From Octopus vulgaris (lineage: Eukaryota), in NCBI GenBank assembly GCA_951406725.2, contig OX597814.1, positions 54,126,001-54,190,000 on the forward strand: a stretch of DNA of 64,000 nt, written 5' to 3'. The notes under the pieces are model-generated. The model did not search any database. It saw only the letters and a list, made by a program, of their open reading frames with translations, and had not been told where the DNA came from. The translations under genes were made by a program, and so were the position numbers. Of the stretch, positions 50,106-62,585 are shown one piece after another (positions within the stretch are counted from its first letter, which is position 1; each line of letters starts with the position of its first letter).

Positions 50106-50379
50106 AAAACGTGAACAAACTGTCATTGAGAAATTTACATATAATAATAGTACGACGTTAACACTCTTATACGATTTCCATACGAATATTTATAACCACA
50201 CTGCGTTAGTAATATTATCAAATCCTAACCATCATCATAAGTTGTGCGATTTTCATTCTCGTCTGGCAAAGTGCCTATAGTCTATCCACAGCTTTTATTT
50301 TTCAGAATGACTATAACCCTAACCATGAACACAACCTTAAAATATCTGACCAATAATTAATTAATATATATATATGTAT

Positions 50380-51990
50380 ATATAAAGAAATGGAGTTAAA
50401 CGCCGGTGTTATTCAAATCCTTATACTTCCGACATATGTTTCGAAGAAAACATTGGTATTATTCCTGAGGGAATAAAATGATGTAAAACAATGTAATCAT
50501 CTCATCAGGGATAAGAGAAACAAAACACATCAATAAGCCATTTTAACAGAATGTGAATACCGCTTAAATAAAGCTTAAAGGCGTGTAAATAGATATATGT
50601 AGTGGAAATTATAGGAACTAAAGGTATGTTTTTGCCAATTTTTGCAACAATAAACACGCTCTTTAAACGTGTTTAGAAGAGAATTCTCCGAGAACAGAAT
50701 GAGATACTGTTCTTCGTTATAGAGCGGATATACCTTTATCATATAAAAAGGATCTAGATAGAATATTCCATTCTAAATCAAATTGTTTATGTTCCTTAAG
50801 AGACCAAATTAATTTACTAAGCCCAGTATTGTCGCGTTTATTGATATGTCTAAATATAGAGTAATGGTTAGATATTTTTGGACAACTGTGTAAAAAAAAA
50901 AGACATCAGAACCGGAAGTAATTTTACTTTGATAAACAGAGTTTCTAGTCTTAGAATTACTGATAAGGAAACGAATGCGATTGGAATTTGTATCAGAAAT
51001 ACTAATATTGTTGCTATTATTGTTCAAAAAATGGGTAGTGTTAATATGAATGTTATTTTCATTAAGTGAATTTGTATTTAACAGCGGTGCATCAGCATGG
51101 CCGCAGCTTTGAGCTGAAACAAGAAAAACGAACTTATTTTTATGCGAAGAGATGATTTTCGAAAGGTTTTTGGTGTGAATTGATAATGGAATGGTATCTT
51201 GAATTTTGTGGGAAATTCTTATCTATAGCTTCACGAAAGTGGTAAGGGAGGTTGGATTTGATCTGCTTACCATATGGAATTATCAACCAAACAGTTTTAC
51301 TAGGACAGACTTTGTTATTAAGGTAATTATCTTTAAAAATCCTGTATTTATTTTTATAACGTAACAAAGGTCTTAAAGAACGGTTATCTCCCTTTCGCTG
51401 CAAAATTACTTTTTTCGATTTAATGTTGTTATTCGAACTAAAATTTATATTGCTATTACCGTTGTGGCGTGTTTTCATGTTCTGATTAATAGAGGTAGAA
51501 TTAATGTCAATAGGGTTAGTATAGGTAATTTTTTCTGTATAACCTGCTTTAAGTAAGGCAGAGTTATAAAATTCGGCTTTATCTTTGAAGATATCAACAT
51601 TGGCAGGTAATCTAGAAAGTTTAAGTGAAATATTTCTAACTAAATTCCTTGTAATAGCCTTTGGGTGATTACTGAAAGAGCTAATATATTTTAAATTAGT
51701 TGAGGGTTTATGGTATGGGAAATATGAATCATTATGTAAGTTAAGGGTAATATCCAAAAAGTTGGCTTTAGTTATATCATCGTCGAAAACAATGCTTAAG
51801 CCCATGTTTCGGAAAAATTCAACCAACCTATTTTAACCCTTTGTAATTTTTGGTTAGAAATATTTTGAAGGCAGAGTAGACAATCGTCACGATATAGACC
51901 TTCATTGATGTTTGGGAATTGATCAACCATCTCATAAAGGATATATATACCGACCAACTCAGCCAATGGTGCTGAGTCAGAACTTACCAT
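50380..51990 (-). mobile_element. Penelope-like retroelement (RT, GIY-YIG and 3' pLTR), 5'-truncated and decayed
   Basis: APLAELVGIYIL, GLYRDDCL, ANFLDITLNL..SYFPYHKP...SNHP, NSALLKAGY; GIY-YIG region NTGLSKLIWSLKEH..FDLEWNIL; short SINE tail inserted at ~51085-51125. Confidence 0.92.
50421..50516 (-). ncRNA. Minimal type-I hammerhead ribozyme in the Penelope pLTR
   Basis: Minus strand: CTTATCC-CTGATGA-GA..ACATTG...CAATGT..TC-GAAAC-ATAT-GTC-GGAAGTATAAG. Confidence 0.8.
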
Positions 51991-52149
51991 CGTGACGAAC
52001 TGTGGGCCGGAAGACTTTCTGATTTTTAGTAGTGCAGTCCATCCGACGATGATCCATGTCTCATGCGGCTCGCTTCTCGAAAAGATTACCCGTGCCTACA
52101 ATCCAACACCACTGTCTAGGCTCCATACCATATATTCCAAATCTGGCTT

Positions 52150-52631
52150 TGAAAGTTATCATAGAATCAACAATTCACATTTCTTATTCTTCACCCTGAT
52201 TTTATGATAACGACTGTCAGTTACTGGAGTTCTAAATCTTACGTTGTTATTTCTCTTAATTCATTTGATGTTTCTGCCGCTCATTGGACTCCTTAAGTTA
52301 CCCGTTGTTATTCAACTATCTCTTATCCTTCCTTGAGGGCATCATATTTTGCTTATCGCTCTCCTTTCTTTTCATCTAAATCATCACCCTTGAAGACTGT
52401 AATGCTACTTACTCTTCTTCAAAAGGAGGCTGAAACATTCTGTAATATAGTTTCCAGAACACAAGGTCATGGCCTGATTGCTGTTGGTTATTGGTATACT
52501 TAGTGAAAGCTAATAAAGGTAAGAGCTCTAAAACTATTCTCGCATAGACGCTAATGGCGTAGAGGCAGATCGTTTGCAATTCTGAATTAATTACAGTTAT
52601 AACACCATTTAGTATTCGCAGCCGCCCACAT

Positions 52632-52671
<40 letters not shown>

Positions 52672-53050
52672 ATGCTATTGACGTCTTTCTCGCCTTCAAA
52701 GCCATCACATAGCTATTGGATCATCCAATTACTGTCTAACCATGGCAATATATCAAACAGCATAACATACTCTTTCCTCTAGCAGTACAACACTCCTTCA
52801 CTTTTAACCTCTCACCTATTGTTACATCAAATTAGCCAATAGGTCGGAGCTCTGCCAGTGTTATTAAACCAAATGCACCTCCCAGAGAATACGGGCTCAA
52901 ACCTAGTCCGAGGTAACTAGCGTGAGTAAACCAAACCACCGCCCTAACCGTCATTCAATTAAAGTATATGACTTCAAATTCTCTAAGTCTTTCCTCCATA
53001 GAGGCAAATTGCACTCAATCGCCTTCAAAGACAGAACACATTAGATACCG
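52150..53050 (+). mobile_element. Highly decayed LINE reverse-transcriptase remnant (CR1/Jockey-like)
   Basis: Faint motifs FQNTRSWPDCCW, KGKSSK and REYGLKP (cf. QYGFR) in the expected order; interrupted by (CA)n. Confidence 0.4.
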
Positions 53051-53319
53051 GCTATAATCCTAGAGACACTTTGAGGAGTACAAGAAGAACTGTATGTGTG
53101 GGTGTACACAACCGATTTCATTCAAATTTTACACATGCCTTACTTAGTGTCATTGACCAAAAAAATTCAACTTCTTGCCTAATGCGAGTCCAGAGCAATC
53201 CGTTATATCTTCCACTATTTCAGTATTACGTGTCAAAAGTGGAACAAGAATATCTCTCTATTGTAATGTCAGATACTTTCACTTTAATAGTTTCGCTATT
53301 AATACTGAAACTATTACCT

Positions 53320-53650
53320 CACATATATGCATACACACACATACATACATACATGTATATATATGTATACATGTATATGTATAGATGTGTGTATATATAT
53401 ATATATATATAGATTTATATAAGTATATATGTATGTATATATAAGTATAAATATATGCATGCATGTATATATGTGTATATATATGTGTACATATGAATAT
53501 ATATAGATGTATATGTAATATGTACACATATATACATGTATACATATATTTTATTCATACGTATATATATATATATACATATCTACAAACATATATAGAA
53601 ACATATATACATATACAAACATATATCCATACATACACACACACACACAT
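53320..53650. repeat. Compound TA/CA microsatellite
   Basis: Seen directly. Confidence 0.95.
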
Positions 53651-53654
53651 AGAT

Positions 53655-54000
53655 AGGTGCAGATGTGGCTGTGTGGTAAGAAACTTGGTTCCAAAGCACA
53701 TTGTCCTGGGTTCAGTCACACTGTGTGGTAACTTGGCATGTGACTTCTGCTATAGCCTCAGACCAACCAAAGCCTTATAAGTGGATTTCGTAGACAGAAA
53801 CCGAAAGAAATCAATCGTATATATGTGTTTGTGTCTGTGTTTCTCCTTCATAACTGCTTGACAACTGCTGTTGGTTTATTTACGTCCCCATAACTTACTG
53901 GTTTGACAAGAAGAGACTTGTAGAATAAGTACCCAGGCTAATCAAACTAAAAAAACAAAGCACTAGGGATGATTCATTCGACAAAAATTCTTGAGGGTAG
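53655..54000 (+). mobile_element. Family-B SINE (diverged)
   Basis: GGTGCAGATGTGGCTGTGTGGTAAG head and downstream family motifs. Confidence 0.85.
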
Positions 54001-54115
54001 TGTCTCATATTTTTCTTTACCCACTCAATTGTATCTATCAATCTATCTTCCTGTGTATGTATACACACACATATACATGTATGTATATGTGAATATATAT
54101 ATAAATATATACATA

Positions 54116-55673
54116 TCTATTATATAAAAGTCAATGTCTTTATGTGTGTTCGTGTGTTACTTATAGACTCGAAAACTACTGCACCTATCCTAACGAAATT
54201 TGGAACACAAAATCCAAGCCTAGGGAGAAGGGTAATGCCGTATGTTTCATACTATTTCATGGACCAAAATTACTGAATCGATCCTTATGATATTTGGAAC
54301 TTAGATTCAATGCATATGGGTGGGTATAATGCAATATGTTTGGTTTGAATTTGAGGTGCTTCAAGGGGGTAACCCCCACCGCATGAAAATTCATAAATTT
54401 CTGATGTGGATGAAATTTCAACCATAGGTAATTGACACACATCAAGAAATATTCCCAAAGTTTCCACTTCTCATGAGAATTCTAAGATCCCCTAATGAAG
54501 GCCATAACTCCCAAATTTTAGTCATTTTTTATGATCCAAAACTAGGTCAAAAGTACTGAATGGATGTTTATGAAATTTGGAAATTATATTCTATGCATAA
54601 GGACAGATATAATGCAGTACATGTTTGAAAGTGAGGTGGCATAAATGAGGCCATAACCCCCATGAAAATTTATATATTTTTGCTGTTGATGAAATTTTAA
54701 CCATAGATATTAGACACAAATGAAGTAATATTCCTAAAATTTCAACTTCTTACAAGCCAGTAAAACCCCTTAATGGGGGTTTAACCACAACAATTTAGTA
54801 ATTTTTCCTAAACCAAGATGAATACAATTGTAGTCTTGGAAGCTGTAGAGTCACCCGAGCATACAAGATGAGTGTTATTTGTAATTCAAGGTACAGCAGT
54901 GTAAGAGTTTGCTCTGAGATATACTTAGATTGTGATTTGGGCAATGTGGTGCATAAATTGTCAAGTAAAGGAGAGGCATCTTTGCCTCCACTGATTCAGA
55001 TGCAAAGTGTTATTTTGAGTAAAAGTTATATGGTTGCAGACCTCCTTTGAGTCTTTTTAGTATCAGTGGGTCAGAGATAGTCCCCAGATGGTAACATTGA
55101 TTTCAAGGCTTTCCCAGATAAGTGATTAGTCATTCAGAGAGGTTTATAGATTGCAAATTTATTCTATAAAGTTACCTATCAGCATAATGATCATTGGGAA
55201 ACTCCAGAGGTGGCACTTTCATTTCCCCTTAGTCCTCATGTCACACAGTTGTTAATGTTTATTGGAGTTGGGTCATGCTCTTCCAATTGCTAGATATAAA
55301 ACCCATGTTAAAAAAGATTCCCAACAATTCAACTTCTCTGGCTGACTTTAACCCCCACCCCCAATAGAGGCCTCATCTCCCACATTTTAGAGTTCCATGT
55401 GCTCTAATTTTCAGGAGCAAAACCTTTGAATAGGTTTCATAAGATTTAGATTTTGGAATCTGGGCATAAAGATGAGTAGTATGGGATAAATATGTCATGA
55501 TTAGAATTTTTGTTAAGGTGTGTGAAGAGGGAAAGAACCCTCATTAAAATTCTTAATGTGCAATTTTGATGAAATTCCAATCATAGGTATTCCAGTTCAT
55601 TAGAGAAAATATAAAAGAAAAGTCTAATTCTTCAATTCCATGTGACATGGGCAAAGCTGGGTATCTTTGCTAG
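54116..55673 (+). mobile_element. Non-autonomous Helitron with internal ~285-bp repeats
   Basis: A|TCTATTATATAAAAG start; end CATGGGCAAAGCTGGGTATCTTTG-CTAG|T; repeat units at ~54261, ~54545 and a partial one at ~55430. Confidence 0.7.
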
Positions 55674-55689
55674 TATAATACACACACAC

Positions 55690-55838
55690 TTTATAAAAGC
55701 TGCAAATTTATCACAAAACTGTTACTCAGAGTTTCACATTCCCATTTGTTGGACAGTTGTATTCATCAAAAGTGTCCGATGAATGGGAACATGAAACTCT
55801 GAGTAACAGTTTTGTGATAATTTTGCAGCTTTAATAAA
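55690..55838. ncRNA. Palindrome of two back-to-back hammerhead motifs (Penelope-like inverted pLTR)
   Basis: ~66-bp arms with a 17-nt spacer. + copy: TGT-CCGATGA-ATG-GGAA-CAT-GAAAC-TCTGA-GTA-ACA (55773-55808). The - copy has a decayed CCAACAA core. Confidence 0.7.
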
Positions 55839-57284
55839 AGAATATTACTCTACCTTTAGTATTCGAGTACTATTTTTTCCCACCTTGTTTTGCATTTATG
55901 TGTTTACTTGTGTGTGTGTCAGATGTGGGAGAATCAAAGCGGGGTGTGGGGCAAAAGATTGAGAAACCCTGTGTTAAAAATGTGGCGGATCATAGCTTGA
56001 ACACTTTCAATCATCGTCTTGCTGAATCAGAACAGATCTTAGGCTAAAGAAAGAAAGAAAGAAAGAAAGAATAATAACAACAATAAACTAAGGGCTGTTG
56101 TATAAGCAACAACCTTCAGAGGTTAGGTTTGGTTAGGTTAAAGTTAAGGGATAAATCAATCAACCCAATTGTAAACCAGGTACGGTGCCTGTCATAGCTT
56201 ATGATACGCATAATATAACGATCTGTTTCTTATCCAGACGAAGGCGTATTGCCTTTCTGACAGAAAATTGATGTGAATACATGTGTGTATTGTATGTGTG
56301 TGTGTATTGTATGTGTGTGTGTATTGTGTGTGTGCACACGCGCATACATTTGAAAACAAGTAAGTATAAATATACACCAAAAAAAAAAAAAAGAAAAGAA
56401 AATTATTCATGAAAGGTGTGTGGGAATAGAACAGAGTGTATGCGTGTGTGTGTGCATATTTGTATGTATGTGTGAAAGAGAGAAGGTAGGTAAACAAACA
56501 GAAATAGAAGCAAAAACAGTGAAAGGCACCTGGTTTTCTGTTTTTGTTCCTATTTCGTTTCTTCTTGTTTACTTACCTTCTTATATATATATATGTGTGT
56601 GTGTGTATGAATACATACATACATACATACATACACACACACACAAGTGCATGAATACAAAGAAGAAAAAAAAAACCTGTTTCTGTATTAGCAACGTCTC
56701 CTATTCTTCTGCAAGAAATCTTTATTTGTGTAAAGCTGCGCTTGATGTACAGTGGATAATATAGACGGTTTAGAAGCAAGGCTAATGATAAACCAGTTCA
56801 GACTATTCATTAGCAACGCAAGATTGGGCTTCACGATATTATATTAACTTTCTAGTTTTCACAAAAGTAATTCATTGTAGAACCGCCAAATATTGCAGAT
56901 TATCATCATTATTATCGAAAGCTTTCCTAACCGTATGCAATTCTCTTGCCACCCCTTACACACACTGTACATATTAGTTCTAGCTACTTTACAAACCTGC
57001 TACTTAAACTTTTATGCCTGAAGGCAAGCTTCAAACAGAGGTGGCTGGTTCAAATAATTCCGGTGTAGTGGCTAGAACTAATACAAACAATACAATAGTT
57101 TACTCTAACCGAGTTATTTTAATATTGTGTGTGTGTGTGTGTGCACGCGCATAATTTTTAAAAAGATTTTCTTGAGCTCAAGGACACATGTGGCTGACTA
57201 ACCGGTTCCCAAGGCATATAAGTGACTGAGAACAGAATATTCCCTCTGAATGGGGTGCCGGTCCGTTACACAGTTCAAGTCACA

Positions 57285-57482
57285 GCAATTTTGAGGTGGG
57301 GGGATAAGTGGATTACATCTCCTTCCCAATCGCTCAATACTACTTGACTGGTACCTTATTTTATCGACTCCGAAGGGATGAAAGATAAAGTTGAGTTCAA
57401 TGATGGTTTTTGGATTCAGAACATAAAGAGCTGGAAAAAATACCGCTAAACATTTTTATCTGATGTGTTTAACGATTCTGCT
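57285..57482 (-). mobile_element. Family-A SINE
   Basis: Family motifs in reverse orientation. Confidence 0.75.
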
Positions 57483-57994
57483 TTGCATCCGTGATTAGCC
57501 CTAGTCAAAAATCTAACTTCACTGATAAAAATAACGTTTTATTCAATAAATCATCCTCATCAAGAAAAAGGAGAAGGAGAAAGAGGTTGGTGACTTTTCT
57601 GGAACAATGCAACTCTTCTACGCTAGACATCCCAATTGGGTGATGCAACATGAACGTCTGGCTTTGATTTTAGTACCAAATTGCTCTTTTGCTAGCCATC
57701 TTCCCACGACTACAGATGGTAACAGTAGTTTGCAGACTGAACTAGTTGACCCTGGCCATTGACAGTTTGTTGTCAATTCATTCATCCAGCATCTTGTGAT
57801 ATTTGCCATTGATTCATTAAGTTCATTTGCCGAAATATTTCGCATTCATGGTTTCAACATACCCTGACAAGCAGTACTACTCTGGGTCAGAGTAGACCTG
57901 AGAACAATAGTGGCTAAAAGGTGGGTCCACACCCCTCAAAAGCTTGGAACTCCCAGACCAGGGTCTTGCTGCCAAATACAGTTTAAAGCATTAG

Positions 57995-58282
57995 TTCTCA
58001 GTTGGGGTCCATATGGACCCTGAGGGCCTGTATATGATTTTTGGGGACCTGTGCAACAAAATAATAAATTAGGGATCTACAATAGTATTTTAAGAGCCCC
58101 TGAAAAGAATGGCAAGGTGCACCATCGTGTTTTAGAGCAGGCACGAGTCAAATTTTTCGAGAAACGGGCCACATGAAACATGGATCATTATCAAGTAAAC
58201 CACACTACTAACAAGAAAAAAACCCCCCAAAAAACTCATAGTAAATTTTTGTTAGGTGTGCCATTCGGAAAGTCCCACGGGC
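57995..58282. mobile_element. Decayed hAT-like MITE remnants
   Basis: GGGGTCCATATGGACCC palindrome; CAGGCACGAGTCAAA...GGGCTGAAGTTTGCCTATGACTG ends. Confidence 0.4.
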
Positions 58283-59079
58283 TGAAGTTTGCCTATGACT
58301 GTATTTGAGTTTATGGCTATACCCTGAGAATTTAGCGAAGTACCAACTATTCCCCAAGTAGAAGTGGACTTCATATCAAAATAGATGGGCCCTGGAAGAT
58401 CCAGGCAAGTAAATACCCGGAATTTCACTATGAGTTTGAAGGATGATGAGTGGAAGAAACATTAAGTGCAGATTACTTAATGGATGCTTTTTATGATAAA
58501 TATGTATATTTTATATATAAATATATGTACACACACACACACACACACACAATCACGTTATAGTTGCTTTATATTCAGCTACACGTGGTTGATTGCTCAA
58601 AAGGATTCACAGGAACCTGTTCCTTTTAACACTGGCTGAAGAAGCAAGTAACCAGCATACAGTAAATACACACATGCAGTAATACCCTGGTTAGCACTCT
58701 AGGCCCCTAAAAAATGTAGCGCTAAACAAAACATCACTAAACAGGAGCATTATAACATAGTATTAATAGAGAAACAAGATATTTTTAACAGTGACACGAA
58801 CACAAATGTATACGAAGACATCGCCAGATTTAGAGACTCAATGTCACACTATCCAAGTATTTACCAACTTAGCATAATTTCACAGAGATAATATTAGAAA
58901 ACGAGTTTAATAATGTTATCAAATGATTAAACAGGTTAAATCCATCAACTTCAATGACATGTAGGAAGATTTATTGTTAATTCCCATTAAAAGCAATGAG
59001 CAAATAGCTGAAGAGGCTAATTCTGGGAAAAATACCCAGGTTGTGGTTCTTTCTTGCACATTCAATGTTTTTAGAAGAA

Positions 59080-59945
59080 TGCATCTTATACCGACTGTAT
59101 TTTCATTCTTTTGAGTTTTCTCTTACAAAGCAATTAACAGAGCAGGATGTCTAGAAATTCTCTATCTTTAAATATATATTTCTACTCAGGGCTATTCTAG
59201 TGAAATGGAAAATGATTTCTGTAATTTTGGCTAATTCTTTCTAAGGAATTCAGTACTATGAATACTTTCTGGTATTACTGGTACGGATAGGGTCTTTAGA
59301 TTAATTTTGAAAGCATTGCGGAACTAGCTCATATTATTCTTCAGTTGATTAACTCTTAAACTGAAACTGTTAATTCTTGCAGATCTTTCACGCTGATATT
59401 TTATATTCTCCCTTCATAGACAAAGCGATGTCACTGATGACTGCTGGTACAATTTCTATGTATAATTCTAGAAAATTATTGCATGCTTCTGGTTATAGCG
59501 TCTTCCAAGTTCTGTTAATGCAGTTGTTAGTTACTTTCCCCACCACACCACCCAAACACCATCACCGCCACCATCACCACAACGCTGCTTTATCTATGAC
59601 CTCCATGATAACCAGCACCTGGTAGATTGTTTATCTCAGCTATTTCTTCAATATGTTGTCTGAAAGTGTTATGAACTTAGGAAGCCTTATTATTAGAAAT
59701 TACATTTTGATCCATAGTTTTGGCTTAAGGAATTGGTAATTTGGTTATAGATTACTTCGACAGGAATACAAGTTTGAAGAATGTCAAAATTCTGCTATGA
59801 CCTGGAACATTATCTAACATCAACAATACCTGAGGTTCTACTTTATATCTTTTCACAGATGGGCAAGATTATGGAACAAACTACTCATGTGAAAATTTCT
59901 GTTATCACCCAAGCCTTCTAGTTTGAATTTTTCAAATCACAGGCT
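59080..59945 (-). mobile_element. Tigger/pogo transposase remnant (same family as 28700-29440)
   Basis: KAWVITEIF, VLLMLDNVPGH, CIPVEVIY, MDQNVISN, KVTNNCINRTWKTL.PEACNNF; nucleotide similarity to 28770-29020. Confidence 0.8.
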
Positions 59946-59949
59946 GATG

Positions 59950-60100
59950 TATTTTTGATATTCCATGCAGTGGAGGCTTAGTTGATTTTTGAGTTTATTA
60001 AACCAAACCCTGTTAGCTGTGAATGCTTCTGGTATCTCTTGAAGAAATTTGTCCAAGTATTGTCTGAAGGTGATGGGATATGTTTCTTCTTTGATTTGTT
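59950..60100 (-). mobile_element. CR1-like LINE 3' end fragment
   Basis: QIKEETYPITFRQYLDKFLQEIPE, cf. FK..LDKFL..IPD.P. Confidence 0.55.
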
Positions 60101-61109
60101 TTAACACACACAAACATACATTCATTCATTCACACACGTGCACAAACATATACATACATAGATATACGTACATGCATTCACATATACATTCATGTAATTA
60201 GACACACACAAATATAATGCATGTTGTGTGTATACGTGATGTGTTTATGTGTTTATGAGCTAACAATTCAAAGTCTATTATTGACCACCACCATCACCAC
60301 TACCATCATAGTTACCAATGACCTCCAATACTACTACCTCAGTGTCTGTTAGTCAACTAACACCAAATAACAGTATTGGCATCATTAATCCACCTCCTAA
60401 CCACCATACACCTATTTCCTTTCCTGTCCCACTGCTACCATAGATTAAAATGCTACAACAATCACCCATATCCCTAGCTCACTTCCTCCTTACTCTTTAT
60501 GACTGACTTAGTTTCCAAATTTCTTTCGATATCAGAGTTACATTGATTCATTACCTCTACCATTCATAGTTGTCGTACCTATGGCATTTATTTGCTCACC
60601 AATTCTCATCGCTATTCTAAAAAAAAAAAAAAAAACTAGAAATAAATTAAAGGCAGAATAAAAGAAAAAACAGCAATTATAAAACCGATTTTATAAAATC
60701 TCTTTCCTGCACTTGACACACTAATTTTATGAAATTTAATGGCTCTTGTAGATATTTATCTCATATTTTTACATATATTTTCGTAATAGGAGCTCTCCAT
60801 CATTGGACAATTATTCCTATTGACTTGAATACAGATGTACGGGAAATAGAAGTTATGGTCCTCATGACTTTTTCGAGAGTTTTAGTGATGCAGTGATTAA
60901 GCAGTTCATTTCGCAATTGTGAGATCTTGGGTTCGTTGCCACTGTGTGAAATCTATGACAAATGTCTTTACCAAAGCCTTGGGTCAAACCAAACCATGTG
61001 AATGAAAATGACTAAGTAACTGGAAATTGTGTGGAAGCCCATCTTGTAATTTAAAAGACTAGCATCGTTACATATGTCAACCTGATTTCACCTTATCCTT
61101 TTAAGCTTT

Positions 61110-61520
61110 TATTTCAGGTATTGGACTGCAGCCATGCTGGAGCACTGCCTTGAAGGGTTTAGTTGAACAAATTGACCTCAGTACTTCCTTTTTTTTAAAG
61201 CTTAATATTTATTTTATTGGTTTCTTGCCAAACCCTAAGTTACGAAGACGTAAAAAAACCTAAAACCAGCTGTCAAGCAATGATGAGAGATAAATGCACA
61301 AATACATATATATCTACAAACGTGCATGCATGCATACATACATGTATGCATACATACATAAATGCATGCGTGCATGCATGTATATACATACATATAAACT
61401 GGGTTTCATTTCAGCTGATATCTATCAAATCCATTCACAGGACCTTGGTCGGCCCGGGCTGTAGTAGAAAACATGCCCAAGGTGCCACACAGTGGGACTA
61501 AACCTGGAAGGATGTGATTT
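61110..61520 (-). mobile_element. Family-B SINE (diverged)
   Basis: Family motifs in reverse orientation. Confidence 0.8.
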
Positions 61521-61583
61521 TGGGATCTGATGATACACCATAAAGCTAAACCCTTTATGGACGGGAAACCTAAGGTAATCCCA
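61521..61583 (+). ncRNA. Type-I hammerhead ribozyme motif with canonical core
   Basis: TGGGAT-CTGATGA-taca-CCATAAAG-ctaaacc-CTTTATGG-acgg-GAAAC-CTAAG-GTA-ATCCCA. Confidence 0.8.
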
Positions 61584-62472
61584 TAAACCAGTCTTCCCCA
61601 GTTTTAATATATACTACTCTACATCTTAGAATGAGCTTCTTCTTTTCTAGCTCTTAATGATAGCATGTAAATATATGGTTTAAAAACCTGTTTGGATAGA
61701 AAAGTTGAAGGCTGCCCATGGGACACGAACCTACATCACTTATAGACATGACAAGCCTTCTACCCAGAGGCACCCTTCAATTTTTTTTATCCAAAAGAAT
61801 TTTTCAACCCATGCTATTATTTGATTTCATGTTCTCTCCAAAGTTTATAAATTCTTATAACGTTTATAACATTTTACAGTAAATTAATTGATTTTGCATA
61901 GGTAAATACATTAATTCTCTCTAAGGATATATATTTTAGTACAGCATCATAACTATTTATCTTAGGTAAGTCTCGACAAGGGCGTTAACTCCCCAAAGTT
62001 ATTTTGGAACAATTCCCCAGTTGCACTTGTTTTGCAAATGATTTGATATGGGGCTTGCATTGTAAAGTCATTAAAACAACCAACTTACATTTTCTTTTAC
62101 TTTTTATTAATTAGTAATAAACTGTAATAAGATATGTGATAAACTATCAAAACCTTTCACACCTCCTTTACAACCTGGATACTGATAATGTATTACAGGG
62201 TGTCCATATATACTGATTTTTATTCTTTAACCTCATGATGCACAAAGTAAATTTTGTCACATGCTTGTCAAAACTATATTACCAGACGATAAATACTTTG
62301 TATTTTTGTCAGACGTCCAGAATTCTGTCTACCGTTCAGATTTTCTAACTTTAGAAATACTTTAAGGCACAAAAAACAAAAAATAAAAAAAAAACAAAGA
62401 AATATATATTACAAAATAAGTATAGAGTATCAATGCAAAAGTTGCTTTTAACATTTCTCTTTCCTCAATTAG

Positions 62473-62585
62473 TGTGTGAGTGTGACGTGGGTTGGTTTTG
62501 ATGAAACACTGCCCATTGAAGTATCATTAGAGGAGGTTGAATGAGGACACAGATCAAATGAGGGCCTGTGGTTTGGATTGTGCTG
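62473..62585 (+). other. Candidate internal exon (113 nt), 5' UTR possibly containing the start codon
   Basis: Acceptor ttgcttttaacatttctctttcctcaattag|; donor TGCTG|GTGAGT; all frames are closed 5' of ATG 62558, which reads MRACGLDCA into the donor. Confidence 0.65.
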
